Origin: an uncultured bacterium
Lineage (GTDB): Bacteria > Krumholzibacteriota > Krumholzibacteriia > Krumholzibacteriales > Krumholzibacteriaceae
NCBI GenBank assembly: GCA_965371515.1
Contig: CBDUYR010000023.1
Coordinates: 1-41,933, forward strand
Length of the DNA: 41,933 nucleotides
Direction of reading: 5' to 3'
Shown: piece after piece, positions 18,374 to 26,607 of the stretch
How the letters are laid out: each line of letters starts with the position of its first letter
Position numbering within the stretch: the first letter of the stretch is position 1
Program-made: the position numbers and the translations under genes
Notes under the pieces: generated by a model
The model's database searches: none
What the model saw: the letters and a program-made list of their open reading frames with translations, nothing else
Told to the model about the DNA's origin: nothing

Positions 18374-19534
18374 TCAGTCGTCATCATCATCTTTGTCGTC
18401 ATCGTCGTCCTTGTCATCATCGTCATCGTCGTCCTTGTCGTCATCGTCTTTGTCGTCATCGTCGTCCTTGTCATCGTCGTCGCAGTCATCACAGTCACCG
18501 TCAGGAACGGTAGTTATATGATCCCACGCCTCAAACTCGAATCCATCGAGCGTCATGCCCCACAGTACCAGCATCGTGTCGCTGCAGACAACACCGGTCT
18601 CCTTGATGCGGAAGTGGAGCATCAGGTCGATGTCTCCGTCTTCGTCGACATCCGCGTAGTGGCACTTGCCGTGAGTCTCATATGCGCCGAGCGGCCCGAA
18701 GCGGACCGTTGCGCAGTCCACGGCCTGTACGTCGAACCCGTCGGTCGTAAGGATCGCTACCGGAATGACTCCGTTTCCCTTGTTCTTGCAGTTGACAGGG
18801 TTCTTGTCGCTTCCCGGCTTGATGTCGATTGTAACATCCGGAGCGACCGACCAGGTCAGCTCTGCCTCGAACTGAACGTACATGCAGTCGACCGAATCGA
18901 CACTGCGCCCTGCCGGCTCACCGAACTCACCGGTGCCGGTGTTGACCAGGTCGAATCTCAGGAAGTTGATCGCGTCAAGGGTGCTGCACGGTTCGCCGCC
19001 CGGCGGGCAGGCCGGACTGATATTGAAGAGCGAATCGATCGAGATCGTCTCTTCCCAGACTCCGCCCACGAGGCTGGCGGTGCCGATATAATTGTCGTTC
19101 AGATAAATCTCCGCGCCGTCGTCGGCAATCACCTTGAGATGCATCGAGGGAGCGGTAGCACCATTGGGGAAACTGAATTCGGTCTGGAAGACGCCCAGCG
19201 AGTCATCCTGGCTGTGCGTCGTCACTGCTTTCGACATGACAAGCATGCTGGTCGGATCGGGGCAGGGGCACATGGGGCCGCCGCCGCCGATCAGGGCGGG
19301 CCATATCTCTTCGAGAGGCGGTACGGTAACATTGATGTTGGTATCAACGCCGCCGCAGGTGTCAACGCCGCTGTAGATCGTCAGCGTATCGGGACCGTAG
19401 TCCATCGACTCGAAGCTGAAAAAGCTCATCGAGGCGTCGCCCGCGACGGGGTTGTCGTCGCTGCTGCAGCCTCCGTAAAATAGAAGAGCCGCCGATATGA
19501 CCAATGCGGCGGCAAGGATCGTCATTCTTTTCAT
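18374..19534 (-). CDS. Cys-rich lipoprotein with IDIKPGS...PVAIL domain and Asp-rich tail
   Basis: Lipobox-like YGGC; IDIKPGSDKNPVN...VIPVAIL...DVDEDGDIDL; C-terminal (DDDDK)n; SD GGAGG. Confidence 0.75.
   Translation of the reverse strand: MKRMTILAAALVISAALLFYGGCSSDDNPVAGDASMSFFSFESMDYGPDTLTIYSGVDTCGGVDTNINVTVPPLEEIWPALIGGGGPMCPCPDPTSMLVMSKAVTTHSQDDSLGVFQTEFSFPNGATAPSMHLKVIADDGAEIYLNDNYIGTASLVGGVWEETISIDSLFNISPACPPGGEPCSTLDAINFLRFDLVNTGTGEFGEPAGRSVDSVDCMYVQFEAELTWSVAPDVTIDIKPGSDKNPVNCKNKGNGVIPVAILTTDGFDVQAVDCATVRFGPLGAYETHGKCHYADVDEDGDIDLMLHFRIKETGVVCSDTMLVLWGMTLDGFEFEAWDHITTVPDGDCDDCDDDDKDDDDDKDDDDKDDDDDDDKDDDDDKDDDDD
18377..18496 (-). repeat. Low-complexity (GAY)n/AAR codon repeat encoding the Asp/Lys tail
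   Basis: gtcgtcatcatcatctttgtcgtcatcgtcgtccttg... on the + strand. Confidence 0.85.
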
Positions 19535-19732
19535 CTCAGCCCTCCGTTGTCTCAGTACCAGGGAACGATTTATGATTGGGAGTAATTATACGCTATCGAG
19601 CAGCTAGATTCAACAGATAAGAATGATTATCATCTTTTTTTACCTTGTTTCCGGTCGACCGGCGGGATAGTGTCATGTTCCTGCTCACATCCGGAAGGAA
19701 CCGGTGGATTCCAACCGGGTTATTTTTTTACT

Positions 19733-19760
19733 ACCGTTATGCATATCCGTGCATAACGGT
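19733..19760. promoter_or_regulatory. Perfect 11-6-11 palindrome resembling a ModE (molybdate-responsive) box
   Basis: ACCGTTATGCA-TATCCG-TGCATAACGGT versus recalled ModE consensus ATCGnTATATA-N6-TATATAnCGAT; 47 bp upstream of ATG 19808. Confidence 0.65.
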
Positions 19761-19807
19761 CTGGTTCGTTCCTCGATTCGCATCCGGCTATGGAAAGGAC
19801 GGTATCG

Positions 19808-21046
19808 ATGAGGGTCTTGCGATGCATACGGTTGCAGTACATCCTTCTGCCTGCCCTGGCTATCGTCATGGGGCTTCTGCTTAACTGCTCCGACAACGAT
19901 CCGCTGGCGCCTGATGAGATCAGGTCCTCGAGGTCATACCGGGGACATGCCTCAGACACCGATATAAACAACTTCGTCAAGGCTTACCCTCACACGGTCG
20001 GCACGCGCCTAGACGACTGTCAGACCTGCCACAGGGGAGGTGAGGTCACGGGCGACAGGGGTGTCGTCACCGCGAATCCCTGCGACTACTGCCACTTCGT
20101 GATCCATCCGCCTGAAGGATGGACCGGACTTCCGGCGAGCTTTTCCGAGACGCTCAACCCGTACGGGACCGCCTATGACAACGCCGGCAGGAACGGTCCG
20201 GCGCTCGAGGCGATCGCCGGCCTCGACAGCGACGGGGATGACTTCGACAACGATGAAGAAATTGACGACCTGAGATATCCCGGGGACGCTGGGAGCTACC
20301 CCGGCCTCGAGCTCTGCTCTATGGTGAAGGTGACGATGGAGGACCTGCTGCAGATGCCTTCCCACACCCAGTTCGGGCTGGCCAATACCACGAAGCAGCA
20401 GTTCGACTACTACGCGACCTACACCGGCGTGAAGATCAAAGACCTTCTCGATGCCATTGGAGCAGACCTCACCGGGGCGACGAGTGTCGACGTGCTGGCC
20501 CCCGACGGATACGCCCGCTCGTTCACCGTCGAACAGATAACGCGGCAGTATCCCGATCACAGGTTCTGGACGGGATTCGATGTATACGCCCTCGGCGCGG
20601 ACTGCGCTTTCATCGAATATCCCCCCGAGATTTACAACCTGGGTCATGGAGACTGGATAGGCCAGAACACCGGCCACGAGCAGTGGCACATACTCGCCTG
20701 GGAACGCGACGGCGCCCCCCTCGAGAAATCGTACCTCGATCCCGTGACGGGCAGGATCATCGGCGAGGGACCGTTCAGAAACGTGATACCGCCGGGTTCG
20801 GACAACGACGTGTACAACACACCGGACAGGGGAAAGAACCAGGACAACACGGGGTGTACCCTGCGCGAGTGGGATTTCGACCCTGACAAGGACCACAACG
20901 CGGGAAACATGATAAAGGGCGTTGTCATAATCCGAATAAACCCCATGCCCGAGGGATGCGAGGAGTTCGACATCATCAACGGCGGATGGTCGCTCATCGA
21001 TGAGGAGGCAATCCTCGTCTACGGTCACGGGGTGCCGGCGAATTGA
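19808..21046 (+). CDS. Diheme c-type cytochrome lipoprotein (GEGP-motif type) with C-terminal sulfite-oxidase-like molybdopterin-binding domain
   Basis: Lipobox LLLNC; CQTCH and CDYCH; LNPYG...DSDGD; YTGVKIKDLL...APDGY...ILAWERDGAPL...GEGPFR...IKGV; SD AAAGGA before 19808 (ATG 19790 also possible). Confidence 0.8.
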   Translation: MRVLRCIRLQYILLPALAIVMGLLLNCSDNDPLAPDEIRSSRSYRGHASDTDINNFVKAYPHTVGTRLDDCQTCHRGGEVTGDRGVVTANPCDYCHFVIHPPEGWTGLPASFSETLNPYGTAYDNAGRNGPALEAIAGLDSDGDDFDNDEEIDDLRYPGDAGSYPGLELCSMVKVTMEDLLQMPSHTQFGLANTTKQQFDYYATYTGVKIKDLLDAIGADLTGATSVDVLAPDGYARSFTVEQITRQYPDHRFWTGFDVYALGADCAFIEYPPEIYNLGHGDWIGQNTGHEQWHILAWERDGAPLEKSYLDPVTGRIIGEGPFRNVIPPGSDNDVYNTPDRGKNQDNTGCTLREWDFDPDKDHNAGNMIKGVVIIRINPMPEGCEEFDIINGGWSLIDEEAILVYGHGVPAN

Positions 21047-21048
21047 AC

Positions 21049-22245
21049 ATGAGAACAGTTATCACAAAAAGGACGCTCCTTGCCGTGGCCCTGCTGTCTT
21101 CGGCGATCGTATCCACTCCGTTATCCGCGTCGGCGAATGAAACCGAAGGAACTTCCCCGACTCTCGACATGGAGGCCACGGCCAGTTTCTGGTGGACGAT
21201 CCACGAGCAGGTCCAGAACGGCCTGGTCCAGCCGGGAAGCGGAGACAGGGCCGCCGATCACGCGTCCGGATTCGCCTTCAGGCATGGAAGGATCGCCTTC
21301 ATCCTCGGATCGTCAGGCGGCGATCTCGAGCTTCTCCTGAGGTTACGACTGGAGGAGAGAACGGACATCGTCGACTTCTACGGCGGGTGGCTGCCGTCGC
21401 AATACTTCAGGATATATATCGGGCAGATGAAGATCCCCTCGACCGCCGAGGTGCTCACTGCCTACAACGATCTCGACTTCGCGTCGAGATCGACATTCGG
21501 CAGAAAGATCGGCGACTATTCAATGACCAGGACACCTTATATATCGTCGGTCATGGCGGCGAAATCTTACGACAGGGACCTCGGGCTGGCGGTGAAGGGA
21601 TCATGGCCGGGCGACCGGCAGTGGGAGATCCGCTGGTTCCTGATGGCGGGGAACGGCATGGGAGCCAACAGGTACATCGGCGGACGCGAGAACGAGGAAT
21701 TCCTCTACACGAACTCGCTGGGCAACATGTACTACGGCGGGCGGCTGGAGATCACACCCATACACTGGGTTACGGCCGGCATGCATGCGAGCAGCAACGA
21801 GCACAACGACATCGCCCTCGGCGACCGCGGACCAGTGATGGATATCAGCCGCAAGGCCTGGTCGGCCGACATCGCCGTCGGCCACCCGCATGGACCACGG
21901 ATGTACGGATTCTACGGAGCGGGCGAGATGGACGATTACTTCGACGCCCAGCAATACCTCTTCGACTATTCGGGATGGGGCCTGCAGGGGATCTGGCCTC
22001 TGCTGAACGGCAATCTCGAGCTGGCGCTGAGGTTCGACAGGTTCGTCAGCGAATCGGGCCGCGACGGTAACGAGACGATCCAAGACGACTGGACGGCGGG
22101 GATAAACTGGTCACCACTGGAGAACATGAGACTTCAGCTCAACTACGTAAACAAAAGGACGTCGAACGAATTCGAATCAGACATCGATGACGACATCCTC
22201 TACATGAACTTCCAGTTCTACTTCGACACGCGGATCACGCGCTGA
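21049..22245 (+). CDS. Outer-membrane porin, OprO/OprP (anion-selective)-like
   Basis: Signal peptide; FAFRHGRI, IGQMKIP, LDFASRS, RDLG, YGGRLE, ELALRFD, WTAGINW, RLQLNY; starts 2 nt after the diheme gene. Confidence 0.78.
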   Translation: MRTVITKRTLLAVALLSSAIVSTPLSASANETEGTSPTLDMEATASFWWTIHEQVQNGLVQPGSGDRAADHASGFAFRHGRIAFILGSSGGDLELLLRLRLEERTDIVDFYGGWLPSQYFRIYIGQMKIPSTAEVLTAYNDLDFASRSTFGRKIGDYSMTRTPYISSVMAAKSYDRDLGLAVKGSWPGDRQWEIRWFLMAGNGMGANRYIGGRENEEFLYTNSLGNMYYGGRLEITPIHWVTAGMHASSNEHNDIALGDRGPVMDISRKAWSADIAVGHPHGPRMYGFYGAGEMDDYFDAQQYLFDYSGWGLQGIWPLLNGNLELALRFDRFVSESGRDGNETIQDDWTAGINWSPLENMRLQLNYVNKRTSNEFESDIDDDILYMNFQFYFDTRITR

Positions 22246-22249
22246 ATAC

Positions 22250-22801
22250 CTACTCGAGAACGGCCGAATGGCTCTTGTGGACCTCCGGGCCCTCGGTGAC
22301 CGAAAACCCCACCCTGCGCGCCGCATCGAGCGTCTCTTCGAAGGCCTCTGCCTTTACATGCGTCGCCGGTTCGATAACAAGGCACCGTCCGCCGGGCCTT
22401 AGCGCCTGTTGGACTTCCCTGAAGAATTTTTCCGCGTCTGGCACCTCGTGGACGAGGTAGAAGGCCAAAACAAAATCAATCGAGCCGTCCAGGTCGCCCA
22501 CATCCATCGTCTCTGCCGGACAGATCCTCGCCTCGATAACATCAGACAGCCGCGCCCGGCGCACGCGACGCTCGAGGGCGCTGATCATCCTCTGCTGCAG
22601 GTCGACGGCGTAGACCCTGCCCTCCGGACCGGCCAGCCTGGCAGCCTCGAGCGTGAAAAAGCCCATCCCGCACCCCGGCTCGAGGACCCTCATCCCCTTT
22701 TTCACGAAAGGCGAGAGGATTTTCCGGGGATTTTCGAATATTTTTCTGATCGGGCCGAGGTGAAAATACCCCAGCCACCACGGACATACGCGTTCTGCCA
22801 T
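22250..22801 (-). CDS. Class I SAM-dependent methyltransferase
   Basis: VLEPGCGMG motif I, AVDLQ, HEVPD, LRPGG; N-terminal VCPWW. Confidence 0.9.
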   Translation of the reverse strand: MAERVCPWWLGYFHLGPIRKIFENPRKILSPFVKKGMRVLEPGCGMGFFTLEAARLAGPEGRVYAVDLQQRMISALERRVRRARLSDVIEARICPAETMDVGDLDGSIDFVLAFYLVHEVPDAEKFFREVQQALRPGGRCLVIEPATHVKAEAFEETLDAARRVGFSVTEGPEVHKSHSAVLE

Positions 22802-22821
22802 ACGATACACCCCCCTGGCTA

Positions 22822-22851
22822 TTGATATAACCGCTTGATCTATGGTATAAC
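22822..22851 (+). promoter_or_regulatory. Putative promoter of the bcsA-like operon
   Basis: TTGATA-18 bp-TATAAC with extended -10 TGn. Confidence 0.4.
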
Positions 22852-22982
22852 TATGTCATGTTCCCGCATGGATGGGAACAGGGTTGTTCGAACAATTGGG
22901 GCCAAGGTCGCAACGGGAGTCTCGCAACTTTCTCTTGCTGCCCTGACCTGGGGTCACACTTCAATAGTTGAGCATCTGTGCC

Positions 22983-25196
22983 ATGGACTTCAGGAACCTG
23001 AAAGGCGAGCGCCTCAGGCGTGTCATAGCCATTCTGGCGGTCGCCGTCACGAGCTACTACCTCTACTGGCGGGTCACCGAGACGTTCAATCCGAACGCTC
23101 TCTTCTTCTCGTGGACGTTGTGGTGTGCCGAGGTCTTCGGATTCTTCACCACCCTCCTCTTCTTCTTCACCGTCTGGAAACCGACCACGCGCGAGGCCCC
23201 CGAGCCGCTCGAGGGCCGCACGGTAGATGTCCTCATACCGACGATCAACGAGCCCGTCGAGGTCCTCCGCAAGACTCTGCTCGCCTGCAACGACCTGAAG
23301 TACCCGCACAGGACCCTCGTCCTCGACGACGGAAGCCGCGACGAGATCCGCGAGCTCAGTGAAGAACTCGGCTGCATCTACCTCGCCCGCGAGAAGCACG
23401 GGAACGCCAAGGCGGGCAACCTCAACTTCGGCCTCGAGCACTCGGAGGCGGAGTTCATCGCCGTCTTCGATGCCGATCACGCTCCCTTGCCCCATTTCAT
23501 CGACCGCCTTATGGGATATTTCAGGGACGACGAACTCGGATTCGCTCAGGCGCCGCAGGAGTTTTACAACATCGACTCGTTCCAGCACCGCGTCTCGCCC
23601 GAGAAAAAGTACATCTGGGCCGAGCAGGGGCTCTTCTATTATATAATCCAGCCCGGCAGGGACCACTGGAACGCCGCCTACTTCGTCGGCACGTGCGCGA
23701 TCATCAGGAGGAAGGCCCTCGACGACATCGACGGATTCGCCACCGGCTCGATCACCGAGGACATGATGACCTCGATCCGGCTGCAGTCGGAAGGATGGGG
23801 CTCGGCCTACCACAACGAGCCGCTGGCCTATGGCATAGCCGCCGAGACGATCGTCCCGTTCCACATCCAGCGGCGGCGCTGGGGCCTCGGCGGATGGCAG
23901 GTCTTCTTCAAAGCCAATCCGTTCTTCATAAAGGGACTGAGCTTCCCGCAGCGTCTCTGCTACCTCGCCAGCCTTATCTATCCTTTCGAGGGATTCCAGA
24001 AACTGATCTTCTACGTGACTCCGCCGATCATCCTGTTCACCGGTATACTGCCGATGCATGCGCTCGACATAAAGTACCTCCTCCATTTCATACCGTACTA
24101 CGCGCTGTCGATTTATGCGTTCAACGAGATGGGAAGGGGATACGGAGGAAACCTCCTGCTCGAGCAATTCAGCATGGGCAAATTCCTCACCTACATCAGT
24201 TCGCTCTTCGCCTTCCTGCTGCCAAAGAGATCCAGGAAGTTTGCGGTCACCCCCAAGGTAAGCGGCGCATCGTCGGGTAGATATCTCACCCCGCAGATCC
24301 TTGTCGTGCTCGCCAGCATCGCGGCGATCGTCTGGGCGCTTGCTTTCCTGCTGCTCGGCGAGCGGAGCGACGAGTTCATAATAGCCGTAAACAGCCTCTG
24401 GGCCCTCTACAACACAGGCCTGGGGATAGGGATCATTCTGTACGCTCGCAAGAAGTTCTCCCAGAAGAGGGAAAATTTCCGCATCCCCGACAACATCCCG
24501 ATGTTCTACAGGTATGAGAACGGCGAGGGGCGCGAGAAGCGCATCGCCGTCGCCGATAACCTCACCCATGAGGGCATCTCGATAATGACGATCGGGAAAG
24601 CTCCTTCCGTGCGAAAGATCGGCCTCGAGCTGATCCTCCCCGGCGGGAACATAGAGACGGAAGGCTACATCACGCACAGCAGGACTGTGAAGGCGAACGG
24701 CCACCTCGCATCGAGGCTCGGCATCAAACTCAACGGCATGCCGCGCTCGCGAAGGGACCGCCTGACGAGGTATCTCTCATCGTCGTCGGTGTCAAAATTC
24801 CTCGGCGAATTTTCGACGCGGTACGAGACCCACCTCGAGAGGCGGCTGAAGAAAGACGAGGACCTGCCCGAGAGGGCACGGAGGGCACGGTCCTGGCTGC
24901 CCGCCGTCGTGACGAACGGCGACAGCAGGCCGAGGTATTCGTCGATACAAAACGTGTCGGAGACGGGCTGCATGATCGCGACCGAGATCCCCGTGGAACC
25001 TGGAGGCCCCGTGAAGATCAGGGTCATCGTCGGTCAGGATATAGTCGAGCTCGACGGGACTGTGGCCAGGACGATAAGACTGCCGGTGGAGGATTTTCCC
25101 GAAGCGCTGATGGGGATCAAGTTCGACGAGCCGGAAAATGAGTCGGCGAAGTACCTCGTGAAGATCGCCGACCAGATCGGAGAGCTGGTGGAATGA
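22983..25196 (+). CDS. bcsA: Cellulose-synthase-like processive GT2 with two PilZ domains
   Basis: DDG, AKAGNLN, DADH, QAPQEF, TED, QRRRW and gating loop FAVTPK; PilZ1 RENFR...NLTHEG; PilZ2 ...NVSETG. Confidence 0.85.
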   Translation: MDFRNLKGERLRRVIAILAVAVTSYYLYWRVTETFNPNALFFSWTLWCAEVFGFFTTLLFFFTVWKPTTREAPEPLEGRTVDVLIPTINEPVEVLRKTLLACNDLKYPHRTLVLDDGSRDEIRELSEELGCIYLAREKHGNAKAGNLNFGLEHSEAEFIAVFDADHAPLPHFIDRLMGYFRDDELGFAQAPQEFYNIDSFQHRVSPEKKYIWAEQGLFYYIIQPGRDHWNAAYFVGTCAIIRRKALDDIDGFATGSITEDMMTSIRLQSEGWGSAYHNEPLAYGIAAETIVPFHIQRRRWGLGGWQVFFKANPFFIKGLSFPQRLCYLASLIYPFEGFQKLIFYVTPPIILFTGILPMHALDIKYLLHFIPYYALSIYAFNEMGRGYGGNLLLEQFSMGKFLTYISSLFAFLLPKRSRKFAVTPKVSGASSGRYLTPQILVVLASIAAIVWALAFLLLGERSDEFIIAVNSLWALYNTGLGIGIILYARKKFSQKRENFRIPDNIPMFYRYENGEGREKRIAVADNLTHEGISIMTIGKAPSVRKIGLELILPGGNIETEGYITHSRTVKANGHLASRLGIKLNGMPRSRRDRLTRYLSSSSVSKFLGEFSTRYETHLERRLKKDEDLPERARRARSWLPAVVTNGDSRPRYSSIQNVSETGCMIATEIPVEPGGPVKIRVIVGQDIVELDGTVARTIRLPVEDFPEALMGIKFDEPENESAKYLVKIADQIGELVE

Positions 25197-26605
25197 TGAG
25201 ATCGAGCAGGATACATTACATCCTACTTGCAGGCGTCCTCGCCTACGGCCTCGTCATCAGCCTCGTGAAGATCGACTACAACTCGGTCTTCGTCGACGAG
25301 GCATACCACATCGTGATGGGACGCCAGGTCGCGGCCGGCGAATACTGTCCCGGCTGCCCGGCGCATACCGGTTCGGTGATGACCTGGCCCCTCTTCGCTT
25401 CGTACGGCGACGCGTACGGCGGGCTCTACGGCGCCCGCATCATGAACATGATCCTCGGACTCGCTCTCACCGTATGCATCTACCTCGCCACGAGGATTCT
25501 CGCCGGGAAAGACCTCGGCCTCCTTGCAGCGGCGATATTTATGTTTTCCGGCCAGGCGCTCTACCTGATGAAGCTGGCCACTTACGACATGACTGCCGCC
25601 CTCTTCCTCGGGGGGGCGTTCCTGATGACCGTGGCCGCACACAAGGCCGACTCGCCCGCGTACGAGGCGGCGGCCCTCGTCACGGCGACGATCCTGCTCA
25701 GCCTTGCCGCCATCACGAAATACCTCCTGCCGGCGTTCATCCCGGTTTTCTTCATATACGTTATTCTCAGGCATGGCATGCTGAAGACTCTTTTCTTCGC
25801 CCTCGCACCGCTGACCGTATTCATGACGATGTTCTTCTGGTTCTCTCCATATCCGCCCAATCCGCAGGTGATCTATCAGATCGAGAACGCCAGGGAGGTC
25901 TCGAGCCTGCCGTTCGCAACGATATTCGACTGGACCTTCCGCTGGCTCTCGCTCGCCTACCTGCTCGCCGCCTTCGGTCTCTTCCACGAGAAATACAGGC
26001 GTCTTGCCGCCCTGCTTATTCTCGTATCGACGCCGATCCTTCTGATCCACATCATCACGAGAGCGGAGACTTCGGTGAACAAGAACGTCGTGTTTGCCAT
26101 CATATTCCTCGCCCCGGCCGGCGCGATGGGAATCGACCATATCGCCCATCTCTTCTCGATGCGCGAGACGAACCGCGCAGTGAAGGTCTTCTTCACAGTC
26201 TCGGTCATCGCAATCGTGTGGGTGTACGGAATCAACAACCTCAGGTGGCTCGAGAAGCAGCATCCCGACGTCACCCCCGTCATCGAATACCTCAGCCGCA
26301 ACGGTTTCGACGGCATGACCGTAGCGACGAACGGCTGGGACGGAGTGATGTACGAATACGCCCTGGAGGAGCAATACCCCGACGCGAGATTCGACCACAT
26401 CACATGGTTCATACGCGGTGATGAGAACGACCGCAGGCTCGACGAGCGGGTCGATTTCATCATCTGCGAGGACGACTACTACGGAAAGCAGTACCCGAGC
26501 GAGCGCTTCCGGGACATCCTGGACAGCGACTGCAGACTGCTCGAGGACTTTACGATAGAACATTCGTGGGGCGAGACACACGCCCTCGTATTTGGAAGGA
26601 GATAA
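25193..26605 (+). CDS. GT-C fold glycosyltransferase (ArnT/PMT-like)
   Basis: FVDEAYH after TM1, LATYD, LAAITKY; about 10-11 TM helices plus C-terminal periplasmic domain; ATGA overlap with bcsA-like gene. Confidence 0.82.
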   Translation: MMRSSRIHYILLAGVLAYGLVISLVKIDYNSVFVDEAYHIVMGRQVAAGEYCPGCPAHTGSVMTWPLFASYGDAYGGLYGARIMNMILGLALTVCIYLATRILAGKDLGLLAAAIFMFSGQALYLMKLATYDMTAALFLGGAFLMTVAAHKADSPAYEAAALVTATILLSLAAITKYLLPAFIPVFFIYVILRHGMLKTLFFALAPLTVFMTMFFWFSPYPPNPQVIYQIENAREVSSLPFATIFDWTFRWLSLAYLLAAFGLFHEKYRRLAALLILVSTPILLIHIITRAETSVNKNVVFAIIFLAPAGAMGIDHIAHLFSMRETNRAVKVFFTVSVIAIVWVYGINNLRWLEKQHPDVTPVIEYLSRNGFDGMTVATNGWDGVMYEYALEEQYPDARFDHITWFIRGDENDRRLDERVDFIICEDDYYGKQYPSERFRDILDSDCRLLEDFTIEHSWGETHALVFGRR

Positions 26606-26607
26606 CA

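Noticed and set aside
18377..18496. DDDDK repeats resembling FLAG/enterokinase tags, or a CRISPR-like array
   Set aside because: No DYK, no vector context and no repeat-spacer structure; a natural low-complexity tail
18308..19483. 391-aa + strand ORF with a poly-Val/Ile stretch
   Set aside because: The hydrophobic run is the reverse complement of the Asp codon repeat
19694..19720. GGAACCGGTG resembling part of a cobalamin riboswitch
   Set aside because: The downstream GCAACTGT and B12-box elements are absent
22851..24704. 617-aa antisense ORF, and similar ones at 13224-14417, 14418-15458, 20009-21028 and 25223-26608
   Set aside because: Antisense shadows of well-supported genes
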